Shown here one piece after another: positions 18,473-27,000 of a stretch of 31,688 bases of DNA (position 1 is the stretch's first letter; each line of letters starts with the position of its first letter). The notes under the pieces were generated by a model. That model saw nothing but the letters and a program-made list of their open reading frames with translations. It ran no database searches and was not told where the DNA came from. Source of the DNA: a virus (taxonomy: Duplodnaviria; Caudoviricetes); the IMG/VR virus record IMGVR_UViG_3300017548_000010, positions 1 to 31,688 of that record. One strand, written 5' to 3'. A program made the position numbers and the translations under genes.

Positions 18473-19426
18473 ATGCTGACTCTCCTCGACATCGCCAAAA
18501 TGAACGGCTCCGACGCGGTCGTGGGCCTGGTCGATGAAGCCTCGCGACAGACGCCCGAGCTGACCGGTACCGTCCGGTTCCTCGGCAAGACGCTTACAGT
18601 TCCGAACGTCGGATGGGCCCGCACGATCACCGGCCGCGAGTACAAGTCGCTGGTCCGCGTCGCGCTGCCGAGCGTCGGCTTCCGCGGCGCGAACGAAGGC
18701 GTGAACGCCAGCGGGTCGGTCTACGAGAACCGGCTAGTGGAGACGTTCATTTTCAACCCGCGATGGGAAGCCGACAAAGCCGTCTGCGATTCGCACGAGG
18801 ACGGAGCGGAGGCTGTGATCGCGACGGAGGCCGCAGGCATCATGGCCGCGTCGCTGATGACGCTCGCCAAGCAGTTCTACTACGGCCGGAACTCCGGCGG
18901 CGACTCGAAGGGCCACCCGGGGCTGATCGACTCGATCGACTCGGCCATGACCGTCGACGCCGGCGGCACCACGGACGGCACCGCGTCGAGCGTATGGGCG
19001 GTGAAGTGGGGGCCGCAGTTTGTGCAGTGGGTCTGGGGCAACGAAGGCTCGATGGAAATGGGGGACGTCCGCGAGGAGACGCTCACCGACGTCAACAACA
19101 AGAAGTTCACCGGCTACGTGCAGGAGATGCTCGCCTACCCGGGCGTTCAGGTGCTGAACAAGTACGCGCTCGGCCGGATCAAGAAGCTCACCGAGGACGC
19201 GGGCAAGGGGCTGACCGACGCGTTGCTCGGCGACCTACTCGCGAAGTTCCCGGTCGGCTACGAGCCGGACTGCTTCTTCCTCTCGCGTCGCTCGTTGAAC
19301 CAGCTCCGCAAGAGCCGGACCGCGACGAACGCGACTGGCGCCGAAGCTCCCACTCCGACCGACTACGAAGGGATCCCGCTGATCCCTACCGACTCGATCC
19401 TCAACACCGAATCGCTGTCGCTCTAA
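18473..19426 (+). CDS. Major capsid protein (epsilon15 gp7/BPP-1-like, HK97 fold)
   Basis: TLLD, R..LP...R..NEGV, DKA, DAGGT...SSVWAVKWG, GIP....DSI.NTE. Confidence 0.8.
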   Translation: MLTLLDIAKMNGSDAVVGLVDEASRQTPELTGTVRFLGKTLTVPNVGWARTITGREYKSLVRVALPSVGFRGANEGVNASGSVYENRLVETFIFNPRWEADKAVCDSHEDGAEAVIATEAAGIMAASLMTLAKQFYYGRNSGGDSKGHPGLIDSIDSAMTVDAGGTTDGTASSVWAVKWGPQFVQWVWGNEGSMEMGDVREETLTDVNNKKFTGYVQEMLAYPGVQVLNKYALGRIKKLTEDAGKGLTDALLGDLLAKFPVGYEPDCFFLSRRSLNQLRKSRTATNATGAEAPTPTDYEGIPLIPTDSILNTESLSL

Positions 19427-19556
19427 GCGACCGCTCGACTGTCGATCGCCAGATCCCACGCGGGACAAGCCGGTGCAAAGCCGGCTTGCGGCGTTGCTAG
19501 GCTCCGCCTGTTTTTCATCTTCGGCCCGACCCATCCTCCAGCACGAGACCCGAACC

Positions 19557-20108
19557 ATGCTTCCAACTTCGTACAGCCGCCGCCAACTGGCGGCGATCGC
19601 AATCGCCGCGTGCGGGATCATTCTCTGCGGCTTGGCACTGGTCGCTCCCACTAACACGTTTGAGTGCGCCACCGCCGGGATGCTGATGCTCGGCATGGCC
19701 CGGCTGCAGACCGACGCCCAGTGCAGAGCGACGCGTGCCCTGCCGGCGGCCCCCAGCACGACCGTCGACGGAGCCGCGATCGACTTGGGGCTCAGCAGCC
19801 GCGGCGACTTCCTCGGCGGTGCCGAGCTACGGATCTCCGCTCCCGCGCTGAACGCGACGATACTGCCCGACACCCGCACCATGACCTACTCGGTCATTCA
19901 CAGCGACAACGCGAATTTGTCGGGTGCCTCGGTGCTCTTAAGCTCAGTCATCAACCAGGTGGGTGCCGCTGGGGCCGGGGCCGACGAGGCCACTGTCGAC
20001 GTCGCACTGCCAATCGACGTGAAGCGCTACGTCGGCCTGCGGATCACGTCGGGCGCCTCGACCACGGACGCTTCGACTAAGACCGCCACCGCTGAGCTGG
20101 TGTTCTAA
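19557..20108 (+). CDS. Capsid cement/decoration protein (Bbp16-like) with a hydrophobic N-terminal extension
   Basis: Follows the capsid gene; AIDLG and KRYVGLR motifs; start codon uncertain. Confidence 0.6.
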   Translation: MLPTSYSRRQLAAIAIAACGIILCGLALVAPTNTFECATAGMLMLGMARLQTDAQCRATRALPAAPSTTVDGAAIDLGLSSRGDFLGGAELRISAPALNATILPDTRTMTYSVIHSDNANLSGASVLLSSVINQVGAAGAGADEATVDVALPIDVKRYVGLRITSGASTTDASTKTATAELVF

Positions 20109-20194
20109 CCAAACTATCCGCCGCCGCAGCCGGCGGCTGGGGACGAATTTCAGGTTCGGCCACTGGGCCGCCGGCTGCCTGGAACTAAACGCCG

Positions 20195-20593
20195 ATGAAC
20201 CACTTCGCTCGTCCTCTGCAGCTCGCCCACCGGGCTGCTTGCCGTCTGGGGGGAGTGGCGATCGTGTACCGGCGAATCACCGACGCCGGCCAGGTTCTGG
20301 AGCTCCGCCTCGATAAGAGCCATGTGGCGATCGGCCGGACTGAGTTCATCGGCCAGGACAACGAAGGCGTGCTCGAGAAGTGGCACAGCCGAGACTACTT
20401 GCTGGAAGCCGCGGACCTGGTGCTCGGCGGCCAGCGGACGCTGCCGCAGATCGGCGACGAGATCGACGAGTTCGAAGGGAGCGTCAAACGAACCTATCAG
20501 GTGCTGGAGACGCCAGAGGGCCCTGGCTACAAGTTCCGCGATCAGTTCCGCACCTTGCTGCGGGTGTTCACCAAAGAAGTGCCGAGCTCGTAA
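20195..20593 (+). CDS. Head-tail joining protein
   Basis: Position; G..IVY.R, RDYL...DL...LP..GD.I. Confidence 0.65.
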   Translation: MNHFARPLQLAHRAACRLGGVAIVYRRITDAGQVLELRLDKSHVAIGRTEFIGQDNEGVLEKWHSRDYLLEAADLVLGGQRTLPQIGDEIDEFEGSVKRTYQVLETPEGPGYKFRDQFRTLLRVFTKEVPSS

Positions 20594-20596
20594 CCG

Positions 20597-21043
20597 ATGG
20601 ACGCTGACGCTATCGCGATCGCAAAAGCCGCCGCCGCTGAGCTGCTCGCCGCGGCCGGCGCGTTCAGCCAGCCCATCGAGCCGGAGTACAAGCTCGTTCC
20701 GAGCCTGGAGCTCAAAGACCTGGACAAGGTCAAGGTGCAGGTAAGGCCAGCGGGCACGCAGCGACGCTACCTAACCCGCTCGACCACCGCGGTCGAGTAC
20801 ACGATTGAAATCTCAATCCGCAAGCATGCGCCTGGCAACGACGCGCACGCGGAGAAGATCGCGGAGGAGGTGATCCTGCTCGCTCAGGAGATCGAGGACT
20901 GGTGGGCCTTCCGCTCGCTCGCGGGCCGCGAGGAGCGGCTTGTCTCGTTCGGAAGCACGGACGTTTATCAGGCGGAGTCGCTCAAAACAAAACGCGTCAT
21001 CGGGGCCAACGTCGTCCTGGTGTTTCGAGGGGAGAGGGAGTAA
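20597..21043 (+). CDS. Tail terminator-like protein
   Basis: Position before the tail tube; 148 aa. Confidence 0.55.
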   Translation: MDADAIAIAKAAAAELLAAAGAFSQPIEPEYKLVPSLELKDLDKVKVQVRPAGTQRRYLTRSTTAVEYTIEISIRKHAPGNDAHAEKIAEEVILLAQEIEDWWAFRSLAGREERLVSFGSTDVYQAESLKTKRVIGANVVLVFRGERE

Positions 21044-21046
21044 GCC

Positions 21047-21505
21047 ATGCTCGCCGGCTTGGACTGCATTCTGTACTACAACTCAGGCACGCATGCGGCG
21101 CCGACGTGGGTGGAGATCCCGCGGGCGATCAACGTCAACGTGCCGGACTTCGGCGTCAACCAGATCGCCGCGAACGCTCGCCTCTCAAAGTTCGAGGCGA
21201 ACCTCAACGGCCTGATCCGCACCGGCTTGAACTTCAGTTACGCCTACAAGCGGGGTGACGACACGGTGCGCGATGCGCTGCTGGGCATGGTCACCGGTCG
21301 CACCGCCAAAGAGTTCGCCGTGATGGACGGCGACATCGACACCGCAGGCAACCGTGGCCTGCGAGCCTTCTTCAATATCGAGAACGCTCCCTTTTCGCAG
21401 GAGCTCGAGGGGCAGGTCACGATCGACTTCACGCTCAAGCCGGCGTATGTCGAAGAGAGCGACGCCAAGGTGGAGCCGGACATTTACGTGGTGCCCAGCT
21501 CTTAA
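21047..21505 (+). CDS. Tail tube protein
   Basis: G.DC.LYYN.GT...PTW.EI; C-terminal FTLKP; GGGAG RBS. Confidence 0.75.
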   Translation: MLAGLDCILYYNSGTHAAPTWVEIPRAINVNVPDFGVNQIAANARLSKFEANLNGLIRTGLNFSYAYKRGDDTVRDALLGMVTGRTAKEFAVMDGDIDTAGNRGLRAFFNIENAPFSQELEGQVTIDFTLKPAYVEESDAKVEPDIYVVPSS

Positions 21506-21558
21506 GGCGACTCTGCGACACGTGTCTCCGTTCCCATTTTGTTTGAGGATTTGAATCC

Positions 21559-21747
21559 ATGTCAGCCATCGATCCGCAAACCCTGGCCGGTCTCCGCATG
21601 GGGATTCGGAACGCTCCGAGCGGCATCGTCCGCAACGAGAAGAAGCACTTGGTCGCCCTACTCGCCTACGTCGACGAGCTCGAGGCCAAGGTGCGGGCAC
21701 AGCCGGCCCCCGAGAGCCTGCCGGCCCCCGAGGTCGCGGCCGAATAG
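21559..21747 (+). CDS. Small hypothetical protein
   Basis: GAGG RBS; 62 aa. Confidence 0.5.
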   Translation: MSAIDPQTLAGLRMGIRNAPSGIVRNEKKHLVALLAYVDELEAKVRAQPAPESLPAPEVAAE

Positions 21748-21855
21748 TCGAAAGGGAAGGTGCTTCGCTTCTTCACTTCGCGACTTTCCGCCAGGAAAAA
21801 GCAAATCATGGAGTTCCCGGTAAGCGGGAACTCCGGCATGTACGGAGGATAGACC

Positions 21856-22359
21856 GTGCCGAGTTTCAAAGACAACGAAGGCCGCGAGTGGGAGGTCTCG
21901 ATCGACCTGTTCGGCGTGGGCGAGGTGCACCGGGAAACCGGAGTGAGCATCTACACGCTGATGGACGACAAAATGAAGGGCTTGGCCGAGCTGTGCTCCA
22001 ACGAGAACAAGCACATCCTCGCGCACGTCGTCTATCTGCTCTGCAAGGAGCAAGCGGAAAAACGGAACGTCTCGCCGCGAGACTTCGCCAAGGCGCTCAA
22101 GGGGGATCCGATCGAAGCGATGGAGCTGGCGTTTTGCGAGGCCCTCGCGGATTTTTTCCCCGACGCCCGCCGACGAGAGGCAGTCAAGAAGGTGGTCGAG
22201 GCGGGCAAAGCGATCAAGGAGAAGCTCTTGCGCGAGGCGCAGTCGGAGATGACCGAGGTCGATATGGACCGGGTAGTCGATACCGTGATCGCCATGATGA
22301 AATCGACTGCCTCTGCTGGGAGCTCGTCGGCATCCTCGGAATTAACCCCCGCGGTCTGA
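21856..22359 (+). CDS. Tail assembly chaperone (gpG-like)
   Basis: GGAGG RBS; FKDNEGREW; LADFFP; between tube and tape measure. Confidence 0.75.
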   Translation: MPSFKDNEGREWEVSIDLFGVGEVHRETGVSIYTLMDDKMKGLAELCSNENKHILAHVVYLLCKEQAEKRNVSPRDFAKALKGDPIEAMELAFCEALADFFPDARRREAVKKVVEAGKAIKEKLLREAQSEMTEVDMDRVVDTVIAMMKSTASAGSSSASSELTPAV

Positions 22360-22646
22360 CCTGGCGGCGACTCTGCGACATGGCCTGGGGCCGGCAGCGG
22401 GACCAGTGGCACCACACAGCCTCCCTCCTGGCGATGCTGGCCAATGTGCACCGCGACGCGAAGAAGCACCCCCGACCGCTTCCGCCGAGCCAGTTCCATC
22501 CCTTCGAAGGGAGCAAGCGGTCGACGGGCATGCCGGTGAACCGCGAGACGTTCGGCGCGTTCCTGGCGATGTTCGTGTCCCCGGAAAAGCTCGCCAAGCA
22601 TCAGGAGCAATGGCGGCCCCGCGAGCTGCAGGAGGCGAGCTCGTGA
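22152..22646 (+). CDS. -1 frameshift extension of the chaperone (gpGT-like)
   Basis: In-frame T_TTT_TTC heptamer at 22152-22158; -1 frame open to 22646, encoding W.L.GI.G.NP..LT.R.L..M...W...A.L.A..AN.HRD. Confidence 0.65.
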   Translation, partial: FFPRRPPTRGSQEGGRGGQSDQGEALARGAVGDDRGRYGPGSRYRDRHDEIDCLCWELVGILGINPRGLTWRRLCDMAWGRQRDQWHHTASLLAMLANVHRDAKKHPRPLPPSQFHPFEGSKRSTGMPVNRETFGAFLAMFVSPEKLAKHQEQWRPRELQEASS

Positions 22647-23317
22647 TCGGCGTCACGCTCCAGCTGAAGGATTTCTTCTTCGACCGGCTGCACATCAAAC
22701 AGTTCGTGCAGGACCGGGGCCTCGAGTTCCTCGGCCACGCCGGGGCCTACATTCGCAAGACGGCGATCCGCTCGATGCGGCGGGCACCGCTCAAGGGGAA
22801 GCCCTCGAAGCCTGGCACGCCCCCGCGTTTTCGCGCCGGCACGGAGGACGTTTCGCTCCGAAAGATCCTCTACGGTCTGGACCCCGCTCGCGGCAGCGTG
22901 GTCGTCGGCCCGCTGAAGTTCAACCAAAAGCAGGACCTCGACGGGGTCAAGCTTGTCTCCGGCACCGTGCCCTCGCTTCACGAGCGAGGCGGCCGGGCCG
23001 GCATCCGCGAGAAGTTCAAGCCGTTCGACCGCAAGGCGGCCGAGCGGGCCTTTGGGGCGGCGGCGGCCGCCCAATACGCCCGCGAGTTCGGCTTCGTCGC
23101 CGAGCCGACCTGGAAACGGATTTACGGCGCGGTCGACTTTTCGTACCGCGTCGACCGGAACCTGGGCGGCATTTGGGTGCCCGTCGGACGCCGCCGCCGC
23201 GATCGTCTGCTGCTACGGACGAGGATCGCCAGCTATCCGGCCCGTCCCTACATGGCCTCGGCAGCGGAGAAGGCGCAGAAGAAGTTTCCCCAACTCTGGT
23301 TTTCATCAGGTGACTAA
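22643..23317 (+). CDS. Neck/tail-completion protein (HK97 gp10-like)
   Basis: GGAGG RBS and GTGA overlap; SKPGTPP and ARPYM motifs. Confidence 0.65.
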   Translation: MIGVTLQLKDFFFDRLHIKQFVQDRGLEFLGHAGAYIRKTAIRSMRRAPLKGKPSKPGTPPRFRAGTEDVSLRKILYGLDPARGSVVVGPLKFNQKQDLDGVKLVSGTVPSLHERGGRAGIREKFKPFDRKAAERAFGAAAAAQYAREFGFVAEPTWKRIYGAVDFSYRVDRNLGGIWVPVGRRRRDRLLLRTRIASYPARPYMASAAEKAQKKFPQLWFSSGD

Positions 23318-25132
23318 ATGAGCATCGGCGCATCCGCGATCCGTGCCGGCGAAGCCTTCGTCGAAATCTTCGCCCGCGATAAAACCGACAAGGGGATCAA
23401 GACCTCCCTGCAGAAGTTCCGCTCACTGTCCATCGCGGTTGCCGCTCTCGGCGCGACGATGACGGCCACGAGCGGAGTGATCTTCGGAGGCCTCGGCAAG
23501 TCGCTGCACATGTTCAGCGACTTCGGCAGCCGGATCGCCGACTCGTTGGGCAGGACGTCCCTCTCCAGCGAACTCACCCAGGCCCTGAGGTTGCAAGCCG
23601 AAATGGCAGGCGCATCCCTCGAAGACCTGGAGGCGGCCGTCCAAAGCGCGCAGAAAACGATCGCCAAGGCGGCCGAGGGGAACGAGCAGGCCGCGGCCAA
23701 GTTCCGGAAGCTGGGCCTGTCGGTCTCCGAACTGGTCAAGCTCTCTCCCGATCAGCAGTTCCTGGCCATCGCCCAGGGGGTGAGCCAAATCGAGGATCCG
23801 GCGGCGCGAGCGACGGCGGCAATGGACGTGCTCGGGGGCAGCGCGGGCCGTCTGATGTCGATCCTCAAGGAGGGCGGCGAGGGCATCCTGCAAAACTTCC
23901 AGATGATGCAGGAAAACGGGCTGATCCTCTCGGACGAGGACATCGACAACGCCGATCGCCTCGGAGACGCCTGGGATATGCTCATGGCGACGCTCGGAGC
24001 TGCGACGCGCGTGGTGGGGGCAGCCCTGGCCCCGGCCCTGATCCGTTTACTTGACTTCCTGCAAATGGGAGCCGCCTGGGTGGCCCGGTTTGCCAGTGCT
24101 AACCGCGGGCTCACGATCGGGCTGGCGCTCTTCGCGGCGGCGATTGGCGCGGCGGGTGCGGCCCTCACCGCCTTCGGCACCGCCGGTATCCTGGTCACCG
24201 GCGTCGTCGCCGGTTGGTCGACGATCGTCACCGTAGCGGTCGGCGCCTGGGGGATGCTGGTCACTGCGATCGGGATGGTCGCTTCAGCGCTCGGCTTGAT
24301 TGCGACGCCGATGGGCTTGGTCGTGCTCGGCGTTGCTGGCGTAGCAGCGGCCATCGGCAGCGCGTTGATTCTGTTCTTCCAGCTAACCGACGTCGGCCGC
24401 GGCGTGTGGCGGGACCTTGCCGCCGGGTTCGGATTCCTCGGCGGAATCGCGGCGCAGACGTTCGGCGCGATCTTCGCCGCCCTTTCAGCCGGCCAGTGGC
24501 AGAAGGCCGGCGAAGTGGCGATGGCGGCGCTAGCGGTCGCCTGGCAGTCGGGCATGGGAGCCCTCGTGAGTATCTTCACCGGCTTCGCCGACTGGTTCGT
24601 CTCGGGCATCGCCAGCATGCTCAAGAAGGCGATCGACCTGGTCGCCGCGTTCTACGCCGACCCCACCTGGAAGGGGTTCCTGGACGGCTTCTTCGCCGCG
24701 ACGGGCGCGGGCGTCGCCGGCAAGGGAGTGGACAAGGTGGCGAGCAACGCCGCGGCCGCGAAGTCTGCGATCGACAATCTCGCCGGTTCGGCGAGCGCCT
24801 GGCTCGACGCCCTGGACAGCGAGGCCGTCGCCGACCTGCAGCAAGCCCTGGCCGACTTCGAAGCCGCCAGGAAGGCCGCTCATGGGGACAGTAAGTTCAA
24901 GGCTCCCGACTGGCTCAGAACGCTCGTCGGCGGTGGCGGCGTGGACAGCCTCGTCACTGCCCAGGCGGCCAGTAGCTTTGGCTCGTTTTCCGGCAGTTCC
25001 GCCGGCTTCCAAGGGATCGGCAAAAGCAGCACCTTTGCGCCGATCACGGAGAAACTGGAGGAAGGAAACGACCTGCTGGCGAAGATCCTCGATGCGGTGG
25101 AGTCCGAGCGGGGACCGGAGTTTGGGGAGTAA
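23318..25132 (+). CDS. Tape measure protein
   Basis: IRAGEAFVE start; Ala-rich helical with a central hydrophobic region; follows the chaperones. Confidence 0.8.
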   Translation: MSIGASAIRAGEAFVEIFARDKTDKGIKTSLQKFRSLSIAVAALGATMTATSGVIFGGLGKSLHMFSDFGSRIADSLGRTSLSSELTQALRLQAEMAGASLEDLEAAVQSAQKTIAKAAEGNEQAAAKFRKLGLSVSELVKLSPDQQFLAIAQGVSQIEDPAARATAAMDVLGGSAGRLMSILKEGGEGILQNFQMMQENGLILSDEDIDNADRLGDAWDMLMATLGAATRVVGAALAPALIRLLDFLQMGAAWVARFASANRGLTIGLALFAAAIGAAGAALTAFGTAGILVTGVVAGWSTIVTVAVGAWGMLVTAIGMVASALGLIATPMGLVVLGVAGVAAAIGSALILFFQLTDVGRGVWRDLAAGFGFLGGIAAQTFGAIFAALSAGQWQKAGEVAMAALAVAWQSGMGALVSIFTGFADWFVSGIASMLKKAIDLVAAFYADPTWKGFLDGFFAATGAGVAGKGVDKVASNAAAAKSAIDNLAGSASAWLDALDSEAVADLQQALADFEAARKAAHGDSKFKAPDWLRTLVGGGGVDSLVTAQAASSFGSFSGSSAGFQGIGKSSTFAPITEKLEEGNDLLAKILDAVESERGPEFGE

Positions 25133-25980
25133 TGGCGAAGATCATCGAGCTAGGCACGAGCCGCAAACGCCGCGGCGGCAACGAACCGAAATCGCTGGAG
25201 ATGCGATTCCGTGTGCAGGGTCCGCATTTCGGCCCCGATGTACTCGCTCTCGTCCTCTCCAGGGCCCCGTTCCAGGCGGACACGAACCTCTGGCGCGACG
25301 ACGACAACATCGTCGTCGAGCCCGTGGAGGCGGACGTCTGGGAGGCGAGCGTACCGTACAAGCCGCGCGAAGAGCCGGAGGAGAAGCCCAGCCAGAGCGT
25401 GGAGGAGGACTACACGTCGATCGAGTTCGACGGACTCGCGGGGAGCGAGCACGCCACGCAATGCATCGAGCAAACCGACTATGGCCCGGTTTCCGGCCGG
25501 GACATCAAAGACACGCTTGTAGTGGGCCTGCGGAAGGACGGCGTGGAAGGCTACGAGCGTCAGGTGGCCAAGTTCCACTTCATTGTTAACATCCGCCTGA
25601 AGGGGATCACGCCGGCCCACGTCGCCATGCTCGCCGAGATGACCGACGAGACTCCCGTCAACAACGCCCCGTTCTTCGGCTTCGGCGCCGGCGAGGTGCT
25701 CTTTAAGGGAGCCCGCGGCCGGATCCCGAAGAAGTCTACTTCTCCGCGGGAACTGGGCCTGCACTTCGCCGTGTCGAAGACGCGCAAGAACCTGAAGGTC
25801 GGCCAGGAGATCACCATCCCGGAGAAGCCTGGCTGGGACTATCTCTGGGTGATGTACAAGAAGGCCGTGCTGAGCGACCGCATGGTCGACGTGCCCGACG
25901 TCGCCTTCGTGTCGAAGATCTACGAGCGAGGCGACTTCTCGCGGCTTAACCACCTCTTCAATCCCAACTACAGCGGATAG
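25132..25980 (+). CDS. Tail tip/baseplate protein
   Basis: Directly after the tape measure; VNNAPFFGF.AGEVLF.GA, K.GWDYLWV. Confidence 0.6.
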   Translation: MAKIIELGTSRKRRGGNEPKSLEMRFRVQGPHFGPDVLALVLSRAPFQADTNLWRDDDNIVVEPVEADVWEASVPYKPREEPEEKPSQSVEEDYTSIEFDGLAGSEHATQCIEQTDYGPVSGRDIKDTLVVGLRKDGVEGYERQVAKFHFIVNIRLKGITPAHVAMLAEMTDETPVNNAPFFGFGAGEVLFKGARGRIPKKSTSPRELGLHFAVSKTRKNLKVGQEITIPEKPGWDYLWVMYKKAVLSDRMVDVPDVAFVSKIYERGDFSRLNHLFNPNYSG

Positions 25981-25983
25981 CCG

Positions 25984-26997
25984 ATGACCTACTTTCACGC
26001 CGGCGAACCGATCCACGGCCTTAGCGCCTCGTTCCTGAACGACCTGGCGAAGATGTATGCCTGGTGGCGCAGCACTCAGCCGCAAACCGGCGGGGGCCCA
26101 CTCGAGTACCGCACGCAGCAGGTGAACGTGTACTGCCGCAACGAGGACACGGTCGACTTTGGGGCCTACGCTCCCGTGGCTGTCAGCGGCTTCGTGATCG
26201 AGCCGCTGAGCGATGGCACCGGGAATTGGCGGGATGGGATCGTCATGAAGTGCATCCGGCCGAGCCGGGAACTCACGAGCCGTTACGGCCATGTGGGCAT
26301 AACTCAGGAGCCGATCCCGGCCGCCGCCAACTCGCAAGAGAAAGGCGGCACGGGGCTGGTCTGCATCCAGGGCGTCTCACCGGCGAAGCTGCAGATCGTG
26401 AACAACGCCCACCGCTACGCCGAGGTGATCGACCAAGGCTTCGAGAAGTTGATCAGCAGCAACCACGGCCCGTTCGAGGTTATGGCCAAGACGACCAACA
26501 CCGGCGACGGGTGGGCGCTCGTCAAAGTGGGCGAGCATCATCCGCTCACCGGCTTTTGGCGCTACGGCGGGACGGGAGCGAGCATCGGCAACACGGAAAC
26601 GGCGGTTAGCCTCGGCGCCGGCGGCCGCGGCTACGCTCCTTACCTTGAGGTGAGCAATGACCGCATCACCGCGAAGCGGGACGCGGTCGGCGTCGGTGTA
26701 TTCTTCGGCGGCACGCTGTTTCGCACCTCGGTGCCGGCGGCCCAGATGCACGCCAGCTTGATCTTCCGCCGGTTCAACTCCAGCGACAGCGAGTTGAGCA
26801 ACCGCACTTATGACCTAGCCACGTGGACCCCTTCGATGACCGGCAACCGCAGCTTCGGCGGCGCTTACTTCGCGCCGCTGAACAATGGGGACTATCTGAA
26901 GGCGTTCCTGGTCAGCTCCACTTCGGAGACCTTCGCCCTCGGCGACTTCTCCTGCTACATCAACTCAATGGAACACTCGTCACTCGGAGGCTTTTAG
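25984..26997 (+). CDS. Tail tip / receptor-binding-like protein
   Basis: Operon position; EPI.....G.V...GV motif; beta-rich C-terminus. Confidence 0.55.
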   Translation: MTYFHAGEPIHGLSASFLNDLAKMYAWWRSTQPQTGGGPLEYRTQQVNVYCRNEDTVDFGAYAPVAVSGFVIEPLSDGTGNWRDGIVMKCIRPSRELTSRYGHVGITQEPIPAAANSQEKGGTGLVCIQGVSPAKLQIVNNAHRYAEVIDQGFEKLISSNHGPFEVMAKTTNTGDGWALVKVGEHHPLTGFWRYGGTGASIGNTETAVSLGAGGRGYAPYLEVSNDRITAKRDAVGVGVFFGGTLFRTSVPAAQMHASLIFRRFNSSDSELSNRTYDLATWTPSMTGNRSFGGAYFAPLNNGDYLKAFLVSSTSETFALGDFSCYINSMEHSSLGGF

Positions 26998-27000
26998 AAC

